A DNA stretch of 64,000 nt, from positions 24,862,001 to 24,926,000 of the forward strand of contig CM097886.1 of assembly GCA_044892525.1 (NCBI GenBank), in the 5' to 3' direction. This DNA comes from Schmidtea polychroa (Eukaryota). The number at the start of each line of letters is the position of its first letter. The stretch's first letter is position 1. A model generated the notes under the pieces. That model was given only the letters and a program-made list of their open reading frames with translations. It searched no databases and was not told where the DNA came from. The translations under genes were made by a program, and so were the position numbers. Shown piece by piece: positions 1 through 15,400 of this stretch.

Positions 1-24
1 CGTCGCCCGGTCTCAAAGGGTTAA
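1..24. mobile_element. Right end of a piggyBac-type MITE (rest outside the window)
   Basis: ...TCAAAGGG|TTAA terminus typical of piggyBac elements; only one end is visible. Confidence 0.3.
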
Positions 25-1237
25 TATTTAATTAAGTTTGTATTTATTTGGTGAATTTGATTTAAATGACATTCTACTAATGCCTGCACACTTAATAAAG
101 TCACCAAACGCAACTCGGTGTATTCAAACAAATTACAAATATTTAGGCTTTGTTAGTGATGATTGATTTTAAAGCATTAACGGTAAAAAAAGTTCTTTGG
201 CATTTTATTGAATGAAAAAATTTTTAATATTTAATTATGTTTCTATTTATTTTGTGACAAAAAATAAAATACTTCATTTAAACAAACAAATAAAAAATAA
301 TAAATCCATTAACACAAAAAACATCTTATAAAATAAATGGTGATCCTCTGGGATATTTGGCTTGGAATTGTTTATTTGAAATAGTCATCGATAATTGGGT
401 TCTTCGAATCTTTTCATCGTTTAAAACGAAACGGAAGTACAATTCAAGTAACATTTTATTTAAAACATAGTATGGTTTTATTTTAATTTAAGGCTGTATT
501 TCAATTTAAAATTGTATCGTCCCTATTTAAAGACCTTTACAGTGTTTATTAAAGATTTTCATTTATTAAGTTTTACACAATTTTTTATTGACTTTTATGT
601 TTTTTCTTCATTATTTTGAGTATCGGTAGAAAATGAGAGTAATAAAAGCACCTTTAGAAGAGGATTGATTTTAAAATTTTAACAATAGCTTTTAATTTAA
701 ATAATTACATTTATAAATTGTCATGATCTATATTTATTCAAATGATTATTGAGGAATTCTGGATAAATTCCTGATACCATTGCTGAATATCACTTTGGAT
801 ACTGCTTGTTTTTTGTATTATATCACTGGTTGGGAAAAGTGAATGAAGTTGACAAATGAAAAATGTGTCAAAACATCAAAATCAGTGAATTTCTTCTTTC
901 CTGGCATATAAAATATCCATTTCTAAATACAGCATAGAGCTGTTGCGTAAAACTTCATCTTTGCAATGCTTATTAAAATCTGTGCTTTTCTTAATCCACC
1001 TGATTTCTTTTCAATATGTAAAATTTAGATTCTACAGGTTTCATCTCAATTTTATTGGTCTTTGATACTTCTCGCCACTTTTCCTTTTATTTCTGACTCA
1101 TTTCGGAGTTTTTTTATCATTTCATTTTCTTTGATCTTTTTAATAGAATTTCATCTCAGTGAAACTCCGATATTGTATAAAATTTAAGGTCTACGATTAA
1201 GTTATTCAATCACATCTTTCTAAGTATTAATTAGTTG

Positions 1238-1893
1238 TGTTATTGCAGTATACGGAGATCTACAGCTATACAGTGGATTGGCATTATTTATTGTAAGTGG
1301 ATATTATCGGTCATATTAGAAAATGTTATAAAATTTAGTTAGCCGAGTTGGGAAACTTGTCTATTCATGTCGTTTTCATGAATATGCGACCAAAGGGATC
1401 AACTGTCCGTAAAATTCCCTATCCGACATTGAATCCATTCAGTTATTTGTTTACATTTGTATCGTGTCCAAATTACACATACGAAGTGCTATCATGGTTA
1501 GGATATTCCGTGATGTGCCAATCATTACCGGGTAAATCAAATAGATACATATCATGATAACACGCTAATAATTTTCTAGCGATGTTATTCACAATTGCAG
1601 GATTCGGACAAATGACTATTTGGGCACTTGGTAAACATAGGGCTTATAAAAGGGAGTTCAATGATTACCCAAAGTCAAGAAAATCAATCATTCCATTTGT
1701 TATTTAATCCAATTACTATTAGGTTTTAGTTAGTAATAAATTTTGAAATTTGTTTCTTACGTTTATTATTTTGTTTTTTTTATTTCATGGTATTATATTA
1801 ATAATTCGCTTTTTTATGTGCACTACAATGTTTCATTCATTGTAATTTATTGTAATTCCATTTGTTCTTAACGGCTGTCATAATTATTTAACA
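1238..1893 (+). mobile_element. Possible degenerate solo LTR
   Basis: TGTT...AACA ends, TATAAAAGGG at ~1646 and AATAAA at ~1735. No TSD recovered, and the 5' boundary is uncertain. Confidence 0.3.
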
Positions 1894-1903
1894 TATGACC
1901 GTA

Positions 1904-2850
1904 CACCTAATTCCGAAATTTAGTAACTTCTATAATCTAAAAAAAAATCAATAAATTTATAGTATAGGAACACATAAACTTACCTGTGTGTAGAAATTTC
2001 TTGTTCCAAAATTTAATAACTTTATTATAGGATTTCTGAAGGTGAGAGAAAAATAATTGAACACACCAACACAAAACACATAATGAAAAATGCGTGCAAA
2101 TTTATTATAGCTTTTTTTGTTCCGAAATAAATAACCATTAACATATTGTTAAAATATAATTATTTTGAAATTATTAAAAAGTTTTGTAGGAAAATACTTT
2201 TAATTTAGAATCCGACAGCTCTCGCTTGAGCTTCAGAGAAAAAGAAGAAAATACATCGTAAAATTCAATTATAAAATAATTTAAAATATAAACTCTTTAG
2301 ATTTACAGACATTGCCTTTTCGCGAAGGTAGAAATCTGACAATGTAAGATTTATTCATTAAATTACAAAACATTAGAATTTACAGAAAGAAATTCACAAT
2401 TCGTAAATTTAAATAAATTATTTCGTTATAAAAATTATAAAATTCAGCCTTTCCTTCTTTCCTAATTGTATTAAAAAATAAATGTCTTTGGTGATTAATT
2501 TATTTATAATCAAAAATATATCTAACTTACATTTTATTGAAATAATTCTAAATAAATTCAAAATGTCAAAATTCCTTAAAAACACCTGAAATTTAATTAT
2601 CAATATGTTATATTATAAATGCTGGCTAACAGTAATATTTAAGAACTTGAATAATAATCGCATAATTATATAAAATCAAAATTCAAGTCTTAAAGTAATC
2701 TGAAATTATAAAAAAATTACCTGAAAATCATTTTTAAAAAATTGAATAATTGAAATTGAGTAACATCATTTTCACGTAAATGGTGACTCACCTCAACTGG
2801 TGTGCACACCAACGTGAATTATAGAGGTTACTAAATTTCGGAATTGGGTT
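1904..2850. mobile_element. Non-autonomous Tc1/mariner-like element (MITE)
   Basis: ~30-bp imperfect TIRs (CACCTAATTCCGAAATTTAGTAACTTCTATAAT vs the reverse complement of ATTATAGAGGTTACTAAATTTCGGAATTGGGTT), flanked by TA on both sides. Confidence 0.55.
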
Positions 2851-3099
2851 TATAATTTTAACACAAACTATAAATGTGTACATTAAGCATGTGATTTATT
2901 TTCAAAGTTTGTATATCATCATTATCATACGATAAGTTTTCATATATTATTAACGAAAATTGTAATAAAAGAATATAGTTTTAAAAAAATGTCACCCTTC
3001 GAACTAATTTTATAAAATTTTGATATCACTTATTATTATGCAATAACCAAAAGAAAAATTTTAATTCTAATGTCATCTTATTGTCTAAATCATAACTGT

Positions 3100-4326
3100 T
3101 AGAGGGTTCCTTTTCCCGGGAAACTGGAATTTTAAAAAAAATTTCCTGGGAATATCGGGAACAGAAAAAACCCGTAAAAATTCTTTCTGGAGAAAAGTTA
3201 TAACTTTAATATAAAAAAGGAATGTTTTTAACTAAATTTTTAAAATAATATTCTATCCAATAAATAAAGACATATTAATTGTATCTTTTTAAATTTATTG
3301 GTTTAAAAAATAAGTTTTTAAAAAACAAAGACAATCAAGCGAGTGGTTGCTTAACAAAGTTCTTTTTTGTACAAAAATTTGACGACGCCGAGAATACCCT
3401 TTCACTTTCGACCGAGCTGAGTTGTATCGTCATTAATGCATCCAACAAATCTTGCAAATATTTTATATTTTTTCTACAATCGTATATTTGAAATTCTTGT
3501 TTTAAATTTTTTGTTCGAGTACCTGTTAATCTTCACACCTTTTAGTTTTTAATGCTTCATTTATGGTTCCATTTAGCCTTTCATTTATATCTAGAACTAA
3601 AGAGTTTTGAACTGCAGATGTATCTTCCTCACAAAGTATATCGTCATCAACACCAGCGCATTGATTCTCTTTTTCGAATAACTGTATAAATATTTTGTTA
3701 GCATAGTGAATAATTATAGCCATTGATGACGAATGCAAGCCCAGTGTAGATTGTAAATCTAGTGTTTGAAGATACTTAATCAAAGTTACAAGGTGTTGAT
3801 TTCTCCGTTCTCTAATACGAATTTTTAGAACGTCTAACAACTTTTTTGAGATATTATTGTTGTTTCCACGCAAAGAATCAAATAAACTGTTATTTAAAGT
3901 TTTAAAGAAAATTTTTTACAAATTAAAATATTGAATAATAATAAATATATTAACAATTACAATATGTATTCGTTGCTTGTTAATTATTATTTTACGTAAT
4001 GATGTTAACATATAATTAGTAGAATTTATTCTAAAATAGATTTTTTAATAAAATTTGTATATACATATATTTATAAATATTGTATTNNNNNNNNNNNNNN
4101 NNNNNNNNNNNNNNNNNNNNNNNNNNNNNNNNNNNNNNNNNNNNNNNNNNNNNNNNNNNNNNNNNNNNNNNNNNNNNNNNNNNNNNNNNNNNNNNNNNNN
4201 NNNNNNNNNNNNNNNNNNNNNNNNNNNNNNNNNNNNNNNNNNNNNNNNNNNNAAAAAAATTATTTCTCGGGAAACGGGAAATTAATTTTTTTAAAAATTC
4301 ACGGGATTTCCCGGAGACACCCTCTA
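3100..4326 (-). mobile_element. Internally deleted hAT (Ac/hobo-like) transposon spanning an assembly gap
   Basis: TAGAGGG termini with CCCGGGAAA-rich subterminal repeats; 8-bp TSD ATAACTGT/ATTACTGT (7/8). The minus strand encodes transposase remnants (LLDVLKIRIRERRNQHLV; SSVESERVFS of the hATC dimerisation domain). Confidence 0.85.
4087..4252. other. Assembly gap (166 N)
   Basis: Run of N in the sequence. Confidence 1.
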
Positions 4327-6487
4327 ATTACTGTATCTAAAAATTTTATTATTTTTTATTTAAAATTTAATTTTTTAATAATAATTTATAAATTTAGTAG
4401 GTGACGATGCCTGACTCCAAAATTTTATAACTGATTTTTTTGCTTTATTGTACTTCTTATCTGTTATTTGCTGATTCAAACATCTAAATCTTCCTAAAGC
4501 AATTTCCTCAGTAGATATTTTGTTGAGGATAGCCATTGTTTTCTGAAAGTGATATTTGCGATTTTTAAAGCTGTGACCAAAGCGCTCTAAGTTTTCCGTC
4601 TATACACACCTCGATCCAACATATGTACCGAGAGGGCAATAAATGTGCTACAGGATTTAAAGGACTTATGTAAGTCAGAAATAACATTAAATTTAAGGTT
4701 AAAATTAAATAATCAATTAAATAAATCAATTAAATTAAAAAAAATATAATAATTGCACACACTCATGCATGCATACAAAAGTAATTCCAATTTTACTGCA
4801 TTTTGATTGGATGTAGTGGCAGAGAATGGACGGATGCACAATAAAAATCAGTATAAATTCTGATTGAAAATTCAGTCTAGTTTTTCAACACCACAACTTG
4901 ATTTTTAGACAGTAAACATATGCTCTTAGTTTTCGATTTTATGCCATCGTGGTATTGGATTTGGTAATTTTCTTTTCATGTGTAATTTTTATATAATGTA
5001 TTAAGCTAATAAATTTTATATTCAATTTCGTTTTGGTTAATTTTTTTTGTTCGTTTTAATTGTTTAATTTTCATTTAGTTTTTAAGTTTTGAATAATAAA
5101 TTTTATTGGGATTCAATTGTTATGTTTATTACTTGTGAAAAATGTTTACAGTGGAATGGAAATTCAGCATACTGTAGCTTTGGGTACCTTCGGGAGGGTA
5201 GGCTAATTTTTCAATCACTCAGCTGATTTTGGGCCGAAATGTGGAGGCTTCTCCACATTTCCGTCGTTGGAAGTAACTTTGGTCAAACATAGGTTAGAAC
5301 TAGAAATACGGGCAGATCCCAACTCAAATTTTTTGAAAGATAAGTTAAATATTCACAAATATTGCGGGAAACACAGAGTAACATTTATTAACAGAAAAAT
5401 AAGGGCGGATCCCTGAGCACATTTTTGAAGATAACACTTGAAAACGTCTAGTAATGAGGACCACAGTTAAATGAAAACTTGACAATAATCTAACAATAAT
5501 GACGAAAGACCTTCTATCGGCAGTCCAGAACCCGAAACAAAAATACAATGAGGAGTAGTTTTAGCAATAAAGCTCACCTGCTCATTGATTTTCAACCATT
5601 GTGTACAGTACCAACATGGTCGTCGGAATGGGTACGCAGATGGTACAATAGTCATGAAGGTGTTTAGGAAGGAGTCAATTCCACATCTATAATATCCCTA
5701 AAACATTTTAGCAATAAAATGACAACCTTAAGCGACCTAACATTTGGTAGGGATCCACCTTTGTCTCTTAGTTAAATGAGTCTATTGATTTATAATGTCA
5801 CTTCTCTGATAATTTATTATTTTCTTGAACTGTTATCATTTTATTAATTTTAGAATACTTTATAGTGGTGGAGAACTATTTCGCTTGATGTGAATTTTAT
5901 GTTATTTGTTGATTGAGATTAATAATTATTTATATAATACCTAAATATTTAAATTTTGCGAGGAAAAAATATATTACTAGAGACAATTTAATCTGATTGT
6001 GTTGCTGCTTAATAATAATAAATTTGCAATTATTGTAATATTGAGAAATTATGATGCATATAATGTGGGTGTCAGTACAACCTTAAAGAAATGTCAATTT
6101 TTTTATAATAAATATTCATGTTTTTTCTACTTTAATAAAAGATTTGTAGTTGTTTATTTATAACACGTTTCAGCGTTTTAAAAATCTGGCAACCCTAATC
6201 AAATTATTTAAATTTATTTACCAGTAAAATTTAATTCAATTTAAAAATGTTTACATATTTAAACATCAAATTTTGTTTCAATTTATAAATTACTTGTTTA
6301 TTAAAAGTAACATTTTAAATTTATGTTTTAAATAATTATAAATGCATTAAAATTTTTATTAAATATTATAACTTTTTATAAATTAAGGAAATTGTATTTA
6401 TATAAGTCAATTTAATAAAGATAACTTATCTAAAATGAATTTTTTTATTATTTATTTTTACATAAATTTACTTTATTTATCATTTAG

Positions 6488-9400
6488 TATTCAAATGTGT
6501 CGAATTTAATTCTAAACAACACCATGTTTGATCCAAATAAATCACGTCATGAGGGAGATAATGATAAATCAATTTGCACTGAGAATAATAATAATATTGT
6601 TAACAATGCTTTGAGTTTTTCCAGTGGAGTTATTGCAAGCACAATCAATTGTGTGAAATCTTTACCAACAGATGTTATGCATCTAACGTCTCAATCAAAT
6701 TTAAACGGCAATGAAAATGGAAAATATACCCATCGTCGTAATAATGTTCAACCTAATTTGCAGCCATTGTTAAAGAAACCTATTAATAATATGTCTACGG
6801 CGAAACCCTTACTTTTACCAGCTCCTTCGACTGATAGTAAGAATTTGTAATTTATATTTTGATTTTTTTAAATAATTAAGTTAATTTTAAAGAATATGCT
6901 TTGAATTTTGATTCTAATGTATCTATCCTAATGTAGCCATTATTGGAAGAGATAATTTAGTTTTTAATCATATCTCCTAATGATAATAATAATGACGTAT
7001 TTAATTAAATTTCTACTTATACAAAATTATACAAAGTTAAGGTGTGCTCTCGGTATGTTTTTAGCTAAATATAGTTAAGTTATTTGCTAAAGGTTTCCCC
7101 GATTATAAAAACTCTCTGTCAAATATATAAAGTCAGACTTCTATCTTATAGAAATGGAATTCGGTTATAGTAAACCAATAAAATGAAGAAATAGTTTATA
7201 ATTACCAATGGAAGTTTCTGTTTATTCTGTATTTTGGATACCTTGCATAATGAGGAGTGATTGACTTTCAATATATATCAATTGTTCAAGTATATATTTG
7301 GTTTAATCAAGAAAATGCCCTTTCAAAATTAGTTTCTAATGCCCACACCCACCTAGTATAATAAATTCATTTTTTAACCCAAAATCTTAACCGGACATTA
7401 TTATTATTGGTTTCTTTATACAGGTTACCCTCAAGGTGCAAAAACGAACATTGTCACGATGCATTCCAACTATTCTACGAGCTCCGTAACGTCACAGTTC
7501 AATAATTGCCAGCAACAAATGGCAATGGGAATCGCTACAATTCAACCGCAACATTTCAGTTATTCTGGTTTACCAAATACGAGGTGAGATATTTTCTTAT
7601 TTGTAAAATATCTATATATTTTGATTTTTAATGATTTCTGGCGCATTCTTCGTCCTATAACCGGGTAAGCGTATTCAATCGATATTTCACTTTTACGAGT
7701 AATTAGATACATAAAAAGAATTTCTAAGAATCAGCAGTTAGTTATCAAATTGAATTATCCTTATTTATGTACTTAATAATGGCAAAATCCACAATACAGA
7801 ATCGATCAATAATTAAAAATTGGGGAATTCTTTTAATTAATTTTTAAAAAAATAACAGTATTTTATTTTATTGCACATCATCTCATTAGTCGCTATAATA
7901 ATTCAAAATAAATTTTAAATGTACATATTACTATTAAATTGTAAGTAAATATCAAATCTTTGATAAAGACAGCCCCGAAAATTTGTGTTAAATATTAAAT
8001 AAAATTCTAATCGACAGTTTAAAATGAATCAAAGAAAATCGTGAATTTTGATAATATCAATATTGAGCGAAAATATTTAACAGGTAACATATTAAGTCAA
8101 ATTTATTTTCCAATTTATACTATAATTTATATGATAATAATTCAGATTAATTTTAAATAGATAATTTACTGGCAAATTATAAGTAAAATGTTATGTTTAA
8201 TTTCTTTTGTTATTCATTACCTTTTCCAGTTTTAAACAAAAATCTTGTTGAACATAAAATAAAATATTGATCGATATTAAAATAAAGGACGATTAAATGT
8301 TTTATATATTACTGTTAAATTGTAAGTATCAAACTTCTGAAAAAGAAACAGAAAATCCGTTTTGAATATTAAACAAAATATTGATCGATATCTGATAAAT
8401 TATAGAAATTGGAGCATATTTATTTACCTACTTTATTTATAATAAGTTTGTGACTACGTGGTACCTTAACGTTACAAAGTCATTATTAGGTTTCGGCCAT
8501 CAATTATGTCGAGATTCTTCCCTGTTAATAAAATTAATAAAATTCAATCTATTCCTTTCAAGAATAAGTTATTTCAGCATTTAATCCAACATCAAAGATC
8601 ACTGTGAAAAGCTTCTTCATTTTCTTTCAGATTTTTAATTTGTTGATGAATCCATAATTTTTAACTTTTGATTTTTTTGCTCTTAGTTGTTTATTCTAAC
8701 TTCTCTACCTTGTGTTTCTTTTCTTTTTTCTAGGCTTAAGAATCTTTGAATCGTCTTTCATACCACTTATTTCCACTGAATTTATGTTTGGAAACTCTCA
8801 TTTTGCCCCAATTTCAATCATGCACGAAAAATATGAATTTTTTTTAGATATCCGTACAGTTATTCAACTCAGCAATTAACTCTTTCAAATGGTGGTCTTG
8901 GAACCGCTGTTCAATTGATGCCAGTTATGAATCAGAATAATAATCAAATTAATAATTCTCGGATGCAATCTGTTCCATTATTCATGACTCCAATTATCGG
9001 TAATAATATTACATTTATTAATAATGATAATCACAGGGTTATTCCCTATTATAAAGCGATTATTCATAATTCTAAATCATTTATTCAATATTCTAAATTA
9101 TTTATTCAATATTCTAAATCATTTATTCAATATTCTAAATCATTTATTCAATATTCTAAATCATTTATTCAATATTATTAATTAATAATTCAAAATTCAA
9201 AATTATAAATTAATCAAAATAAAATAAATTATTCTTATTATTTATTCTAAAAATTAATTTTGTCCCAGAAGAAACATAAGAAAGCTACGACGACAGTGTA
9301 TAACATTTATGTATTAATAGCAAACAAATAACCACATAATCATGTCACAGATTGCATTGTAACACGCAGAGGCACAAGCAGTAGGTAAAAAACCCTTTGA

Positions 9401-12400
9401 GATTTGTATTTTTCCAAGGATAATATTTAAAAAAGTATTAAAGTTAATTAAATATAGTTAAAAAAAAATATTAAACACCAACATATTTAATAAAAAAAAA
9501 CATCAAAACGTTAAAAGAATTCCCCGTTGTATGCAAAAACAAGGTATTCCCGCATTCTCTCATAATACAAACCATATAATATAGACTGGTCCACATTCAT
9601 TTCTCTTTTATCATTACAGATGTCGTTGGTTCGGGTCTAATTGCTGAATATCTGCTTTTAATTGTTGAGAATATGTTTTCAATTGGATTTAAATCCGGGC
9701 TATAAAGGGGTAAATATTTTATGATAATACTTTTTTCTACGCAAAAATCTTTTACTATATCACTATGGTGAAATCTTACATTATCCATAACTAATTTATC
9801 ATTTGCTTTTATTTGTTTTATATTATAAGCTTCATTTAAAAATTCCAACAGTTTCTCAGCATTACATGCACCATCGATCAATTTAAAATGGTCTATCTTT
9901 TCAGCGCAAATAATGGCAAGTAGAGATACATTTCTGACTCGGTTAGGATTGGACTCGTTCATCATGAATTTTAAATCGTTTCTTTTTATTATTTTTAAAA
10001 TGATCCAAAACAATAAATTAATTCTCAAATAATTTTGATTAATTTATAATTTTGAATAATTAATTTATAACTTTATATAAATGATTTAGAATATTGAATA
10101 AATGATTTAGAATATTGAATAAATGATTTAGAATATTGAATAAATGATTTATAATTATGAATAGTGGCTTTATAATAGGGAATAACCCTGTAAAACTATA
10201 GAAGAAATCACCTTTTATTAAAACAAAAAATAGCATGTCATTAAAACTATATAAAAATTATTTTCATAATTAAATAAATATTTTTTCCCAATTTCACCAC
10301 TGATTATTTTTTCCATTGAATTTATTAAAAAGAGAGCTTGAAAACTATAAATCAGTAATATATCGATGTTTTTTTGATACTCACGAATTTTCGGCACTGC
10401 CTTTTTCAAGTGAATTTCTTCTTTAAATTCACTTGAAAAAGGCAGTACCGAAAATTCGTGAGTATCAAAAAACATCGATATATAATACAGATTTATTGTC
10501 TTCAAGTTCTCTTTTTAATAAATAAATATTGTATAATTCATCAAGTTTTATGATGAATGATGTCGTTTGGTTGAAATCTCATGCTTTTGATTAAAGTTTA
10601 ATACTGGTATGTACTATATCAGAAGTCATATTTGTTGTGCTTAAAAGGAATCCAACTGAAATCAATTCCCTTAGCAATAATAAGTGATAGTATTAAGAGA
10701 AAGTTATCTACAGTATTGAAAACTAATAAATTTGGAATTCAAATGCGTTGGAGTGCCACAAAACAGGTAATTAAAAGTACTGACCACTTCACGTGTTATG
10801 GAAATAAAATTAAAAATCTATAATAAGACAATTTTATTTGATTATAATATTGTTGGGTTACTGGGTCGTTGATGATATTTATATTACAAATTTTTACTCT
10901 GACTCCAAGCGTGCTTTTAACTGACCCGCAAATAACAATCGACAACAGGAAACTTTATTGATAATCACACATAATTGTCACTACACAATAACATAATCGG
11001 TTCAACAATCTGGTCGACGATTATGTAGCGCTTATTACGACACTCTGTGATGAATAGCACTAGCGCAGGGGTGCGGAACCTTTTTATTTTCATAGGCTAC
11101 ATTGAAATTTGTCGCCTTCAAAATGAGGCCGCAGTCAAAAAGTATTTCGTTCTTTGTACTCGGCGGGATGCTTGTACAGTACGGTATATATACAATTCAG
11201 TAGTTACAAGCATTTTTATTTGTAAATCCTCAAAATTCATGGTTTTTTATATAAATTAAGATTTATTTTGATAAGGCTCCGGAGGCCGCATGCGGCCTAA
11301 AGGCCACAGGTTCCCCACCCCTGCACTAGCGTATAACACCGGGTTTGAAGGATCACTAACTACCGATTGGTTCTAACAACGGGGAATTTGACCTGTTTGT
11401 TTTTTTACTGTGACTTGGATTCTATTCGCTAAACATTTCCTTTAGCACTCTCTGATCAATAATTAGCTTTAGTTTCTCCTTTAATTTTCTTCGACAACTT
11501 TCTTCAAATATCTCAATAACTTCTTCTCTGACAATTTTCTCCGACAATTATTCTCTAACAATTGTTCTTTTAACGATTCGTCTCGGTAAATTTCCACAAT
11601 TTTACAATTTATTTTCTCACAATTTCTTGTTATTATTTTTGTCTTCATAATTTATGTTACAAATTTTCGTCTCTCCAATTTCTCGTACCTCTCCTCTGTC
11701 TCCGTTTCTCTATATAGCTCATCAATTTGTGGTACTTGTGCTTATCTTCCCATTTTTTCTAAATCTACTTTTGGAACACTGTACATAATATTTGCTTCCA
11801 ACTATCTCTGACAGCTCTCGAGATAATTTTTAATTCTAATCCGCTACCTCTGACACGCTTTTTCCGTTTTTGTACTTAATTAACGATGACCTTTGTTTTA
11901 ATTTCTTGTTTGATTCCTTTTTCTTATTTCTCATTTCTTTTACTTCCGTTTCCTTCTCCGAGTTCCTATAAATCGTCCCGTTTGTTATGGTGATTGTCCC
12001 CCAGGTAATTTTATTTATTTAACAATTATTTATTATTTAGATATCCTCAACAATATACACACTACATAACACAACGCAAATGATCTGAAAAGACATTAAG
12101 AGGAAGGTTAAACTACTTTTTTATAAATCGACATTTTTGAGGAGTTGCCGACCAGTGAATTAGATAATATCCCAAAGCATTATTAGAAAAAAAACCACGT
12201 ATTAAAAAATGATAAAATTTATGAAGAAGTGATGTTTTGTAAGTCAACATATATCAAAGAAAACCAATTTTGAGCGAGCTTACAACTAATATGACGAATA
12301 ATATTCCAAAGGAAAAAATTATCTTCAATTTTAGAATACGAAATTCATGGACATTTTGCAATTCAATGTTTTATTCATTTTGAACTTGACTTTAAAAACT

Positions 12401-15400
12401 TTGTTAACATTATTATAATTTGTCATTGAGCAGCAAACCATTATATTATATAAAGAAATTTAGAGTTTCTCTTTAAATATTGATTTCACACTTCAATAGA
12501 ATTTCATTACTTAGGAGGGAAGATCCAATCATTGGTGACAGATATGGTATACTTAGCTTATATATTAAATGAACACCTTTAAATCTTCATTTTTAAATAT
12601 AACCCATTTAAACATAATATCAATAGAAAAGTTTTCATTCAGTTACCAAACATGACAAACATTGTGAGAAATATTTTTCCCATTTCCAATTGTTAAATGA
12701 AGGTTTTATTTTTGAAATCTAACTTATTAGAAATGGGCTTGTTTTGTAAATTTTTTACTAAAATTATAAAAAATCTTTTATTATTATTTTTCTGAAGTTC
12801 ACTTTGATATTGTATTTTATAATTTCATTGATTTATAAAATTTCAATAAATTTTACTAAATATTAATTTTTAAAATATTCATGAATTCATTTTTAACATC
12901 CCTAGTGTTGAAGTTTAAAATATTCAGCGTTTTACTAGGTTTAGCTAATTTAATAATGTCCCTAACGTTAGTTGTTCAAAAAGGATCGAAAACATAAGAT
13001 ATAAAAGTTATATCCATAGAGGGTATAAATTCAATTCTGACACTAGAACAATCAAAATCTCATGCATTAAATTATGAAAATATAACAATTGCAATGAAAT
13101 GTTGGACTATAGAGAAAATGCGAACAAAAATTTCTAAATACAAGTTATCCAAATGTTTAACGTTGATGCTGGCGCTTAAAGGCGCTTATCAATATCTTTA
13201 CTTTGACTGTTTCGTTGCTTAACACCTTACATTCATGTTTTATTTTACTAGGCACCTACTTCCTTCGTAGGGCCTCGAATTATTTACAAGCAATTTATAT
13301 TTAAACGATATATAAATAAGTGCAAGTATTGACGAGTGCCGTTAGGAACCAGCATCAGAAAAAGGGGTAAAATGAAACGGAAGGAAACCGATATACCTTA
13401 TAATTTTATTTTAATATTATATAATTATAATAAAACTATAATAACTATCATTTTTATCCATAAACTAATAAAACTATGAATCGAGTCGGGATATGATTTA
13501 CCAATAAATTCTTGTATAGAAATTTAGATATTGTTATATAGAAAAATTACAAATGTACGCAAAACGCTATAATATAGTATACAACATGAAATTCTTAAAG
13601 TATATAACTTTCTTCAAATAGGGTTTTAGCAACACAAATCTATTATAATTCGATCTGTTACACAACAAGAAGTACAGCGTCAGATTTCCATAAACCTTTT
13701 ATCTGACTATTTCAATACGCTCATAACTAAAGATAAACTGTATTATTGCATTTCCGCGTCCAAATATTTGTAAACTGTCTTGTACTTTTGTCAATTTCTT
13801 TTTCTCAAATTAATATCATCGTGTATTTATCATTTTGCCTTACATAAAACTTTATAAAAATGCGAATTTTATTGGTTTGAAATAAATCATCATCTCCATA
13901 TTCTTTGATTTCGGAATAAGACGTCAAATATAATCAATTCTCGTTATAGACGATTCTACAAAATTGCAAATCAATCTTTTCATGTTTAATGACTTTTCTG
14001 TGGTTTATTTGGTATCTATGTATCTATTATTTGTCTAAATTGCCGATTATATGTCGTTAATAATTTTAAGGAGCACCTAGCGGAATGCTATTTCAACCAA
14101 TAATGCAGCAGTCATCAAATACAATGCAAACGATAAATCTACCGAATAGCACGTATTCTAATGATTTTAATCAAGGTCTCGCCATACAATCTCAGCCAAT
14201 GTATACATCTGGTATACGAAATACAACAGTCTATACAAATGATTTCGACAATGTTCTAAAGCAAGATATAGAACCAAGCAAAGCTGCTGTTATCCCAGCA
14301 CAGATTGTGGAAACATCTGAAACAATAATTAACTCAAGAATTAATAAAATTCAAACTGAAATTGAACATACAGCTCAAGGACGTTCAAATATCAAGCATC
14401 GCGAGTTGATTCGTACTCAGATCTATCGCATGAAACAAACCGAGGAGGAAACGCCATTGATCAGTAAAGATATAATATCATCTACATCAGTCGATATTCC
14501 ACCGATTGAACCCCCGCCAGAATTGGCGCCCTTGGAAATTGTTTCAGTTGAGACGGAAGAAAGCAGCAAAGAAAGTGAAATTCCCAAAGAAATTGGTAAT
14601 TTCTTACGTTTATTATTTAACCACTAGCTGTTGTACCCGGCTTCGCCCGAGTTTACATTTATTATAATAATTAATTTAAATTAATTTTTTGTTTAATGAT
14701 GTTATTACGTTCCAGTATTAATTTCATAACAGCTTCAATTCCATGTTTAATTCACAATTAGAAAAGCTTTCAAAATAAATTTCAATTTGTAAAATCGCAA
14801 ACGCACCCCAATTTAAATCGAAAAATAACTAGCAAGATTTTTCCAATTGGAAACTGATTCACTAATCAAATAAAATTCAAATTCTCCATGTTTGAATTCT
14901 GCTTTGAAAAATTTTGACTAAATTACATTACTTTCAACTGTAAGTAGCAAGCATATAATAAATTATTATTTATATGGTAAATTGCTGAGCGGACAGACAA
15001 AAAACCGACTAAGGGTACACTAGAGGTGGGCAGCTGGTGGTGAAACATAGCCTATGACCTGTCCCGAGTCGAATGAGGACCACATGCAAAATTTCAGCAC
15101 CTTAGGTCCAACGGTGGGGAATTCTATAGAAAACAAAAAAACAAACTTTCATCTTTATATAATAGATAATCTTCCATTTATTTTGTTCATTTTAATTTTA
15201 GATAGCAAATAAATAATAAATATTCCAAAACTGATAAACAAACGATAAAGTGTGTTGAAAATGATGAATCTTTATAAGTATTTATGTGTGACCATTTTAA
15301 AAAGTAGCATGAATAAAATCCTGATCTTAAAATAAATAATTAATTCATTTTTAATAAAAAATACTTAGTGTGACTAAAATTTCTTGAGAACTAAAATGTT

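Noticed and set aside
4055-4340. ORFs across the N gap
   Set aside because: Artefacts of undetermined bases.
7915-8395. Degenerate ~375-bp-spaced duplication (similar case at 33367-33750)
   Set aside because: Old AT-rich local duplications with no termini, ORF or distinctive structure.
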